Shown one piece after another: positions 63,787 through 64,000 of a stretch of DNA of 64,000 nt. Every line of letters starts with the position of its first letter. Position 1 is the first letter of the stretch. The DNA is from a virus, in IMG/VR virus record IMGVR_UViG_3300036716_000695, positions 1-64,000 of that record; one strand, 5' to 3'. The translations under genes and the position numbers were made by a program. The notes beneath the pieces were generated by a model. The model was not told where the DNA came from. It saw only the letters and a program-made list of their open reading frames with translations, and ran no database searches.

Positions 63787-64000
63787 TTAGACATCATCTG
63801 GATGAAAATACGGGTCCTCCAATTTCTCTGAACTATCTATCTCATCTAAAGATCTAGAATCTTCAATGATCCTTTCAGGATCTTCATCAGGTTCTTTCTC
63901 TTGTGTTCCAGAAAATTGATTGTAAAAAGGATTACCCACTTCTTTGGTATATACTCCACCTAAACCATTGAGGTCATTTATCTCATCATCTGATAAAGAT
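63787..64000 (-). CDS. Acidic hypothetical protein, 5' truncated by window edge
   Basis: Open frame ...LSDDEINDLNGLGG...NPFY...EDPYFHPDDV*. Confidence 0.6.
   Translation of the reverse strand, partial: SLSDDEINDLNGLGGVYTKEVGNPFYNQFSGTQEKEPDEDPERIIEDSRSLDEIDSSEKLEDPYFHPDDV

Noticed and set aside
1-64000. Stop-codon reassignment (seen in some Crassvirales)
   Set aside because: Very long ORFs are intact in the standard code, TAG and TGA end genes at sensible positions, and no suppressor tRNA is seen.

Overview
AT-rich 64 kb segment of a lytic crAss-like phage (Crassvirales-type), read in the standard genetic code. The host is most likely Bacteroidota/Flavobacteria, inferred from TAnnTTTG promoter elements and AT-rich leaders with no obvious Shine-Dalgarno. 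The plus strand at 1-28.9 kb carries five very large putative virion cargo/ejected proteins. These include a 4700-aa single-chain virion RNA polymerase (DFDID motif) fused to zincin-type HExxH domains, and a 1941-aa zincin/PD-(D/E)xK nuclease protein. An inverted class Ia ribonucleotide reductase cassette (29-32.2 kb) interrupts the late region. It is followed by membrane/holin genes, tiny virion-type proteins and two paralogous fibre proteins (32.3-39 kb). The minus strand at 39-64 kb is the replication/metabolism block: Nmad1-like, DUF932-like, spore-photoproduct-lyase-like radical SAM, MazG, PhoH, PolB, PD-(D/E)xK nuclease, MoxR/vWA module, RusA-like, primase, SSB-like, AAA_24, DnaB, DnaA domain IV-like, Ung, SF2 helicase and three tRNAs. 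The most interesting leads are: a recurrent short xxG(G) motif in cargo and micro-proteins together with a permuted papain-like peptidase domain; an unannotated 27-aa CDGSH Fe-S micro-protein; an SPL-like enzyme with an atypical CX3CX4C motif; a MoxR/vWA module with two BRCT-like paralogs; and terminators placed directly in front of nrdB and primase. All family calls come from motif recognition by eye, not from database searches.
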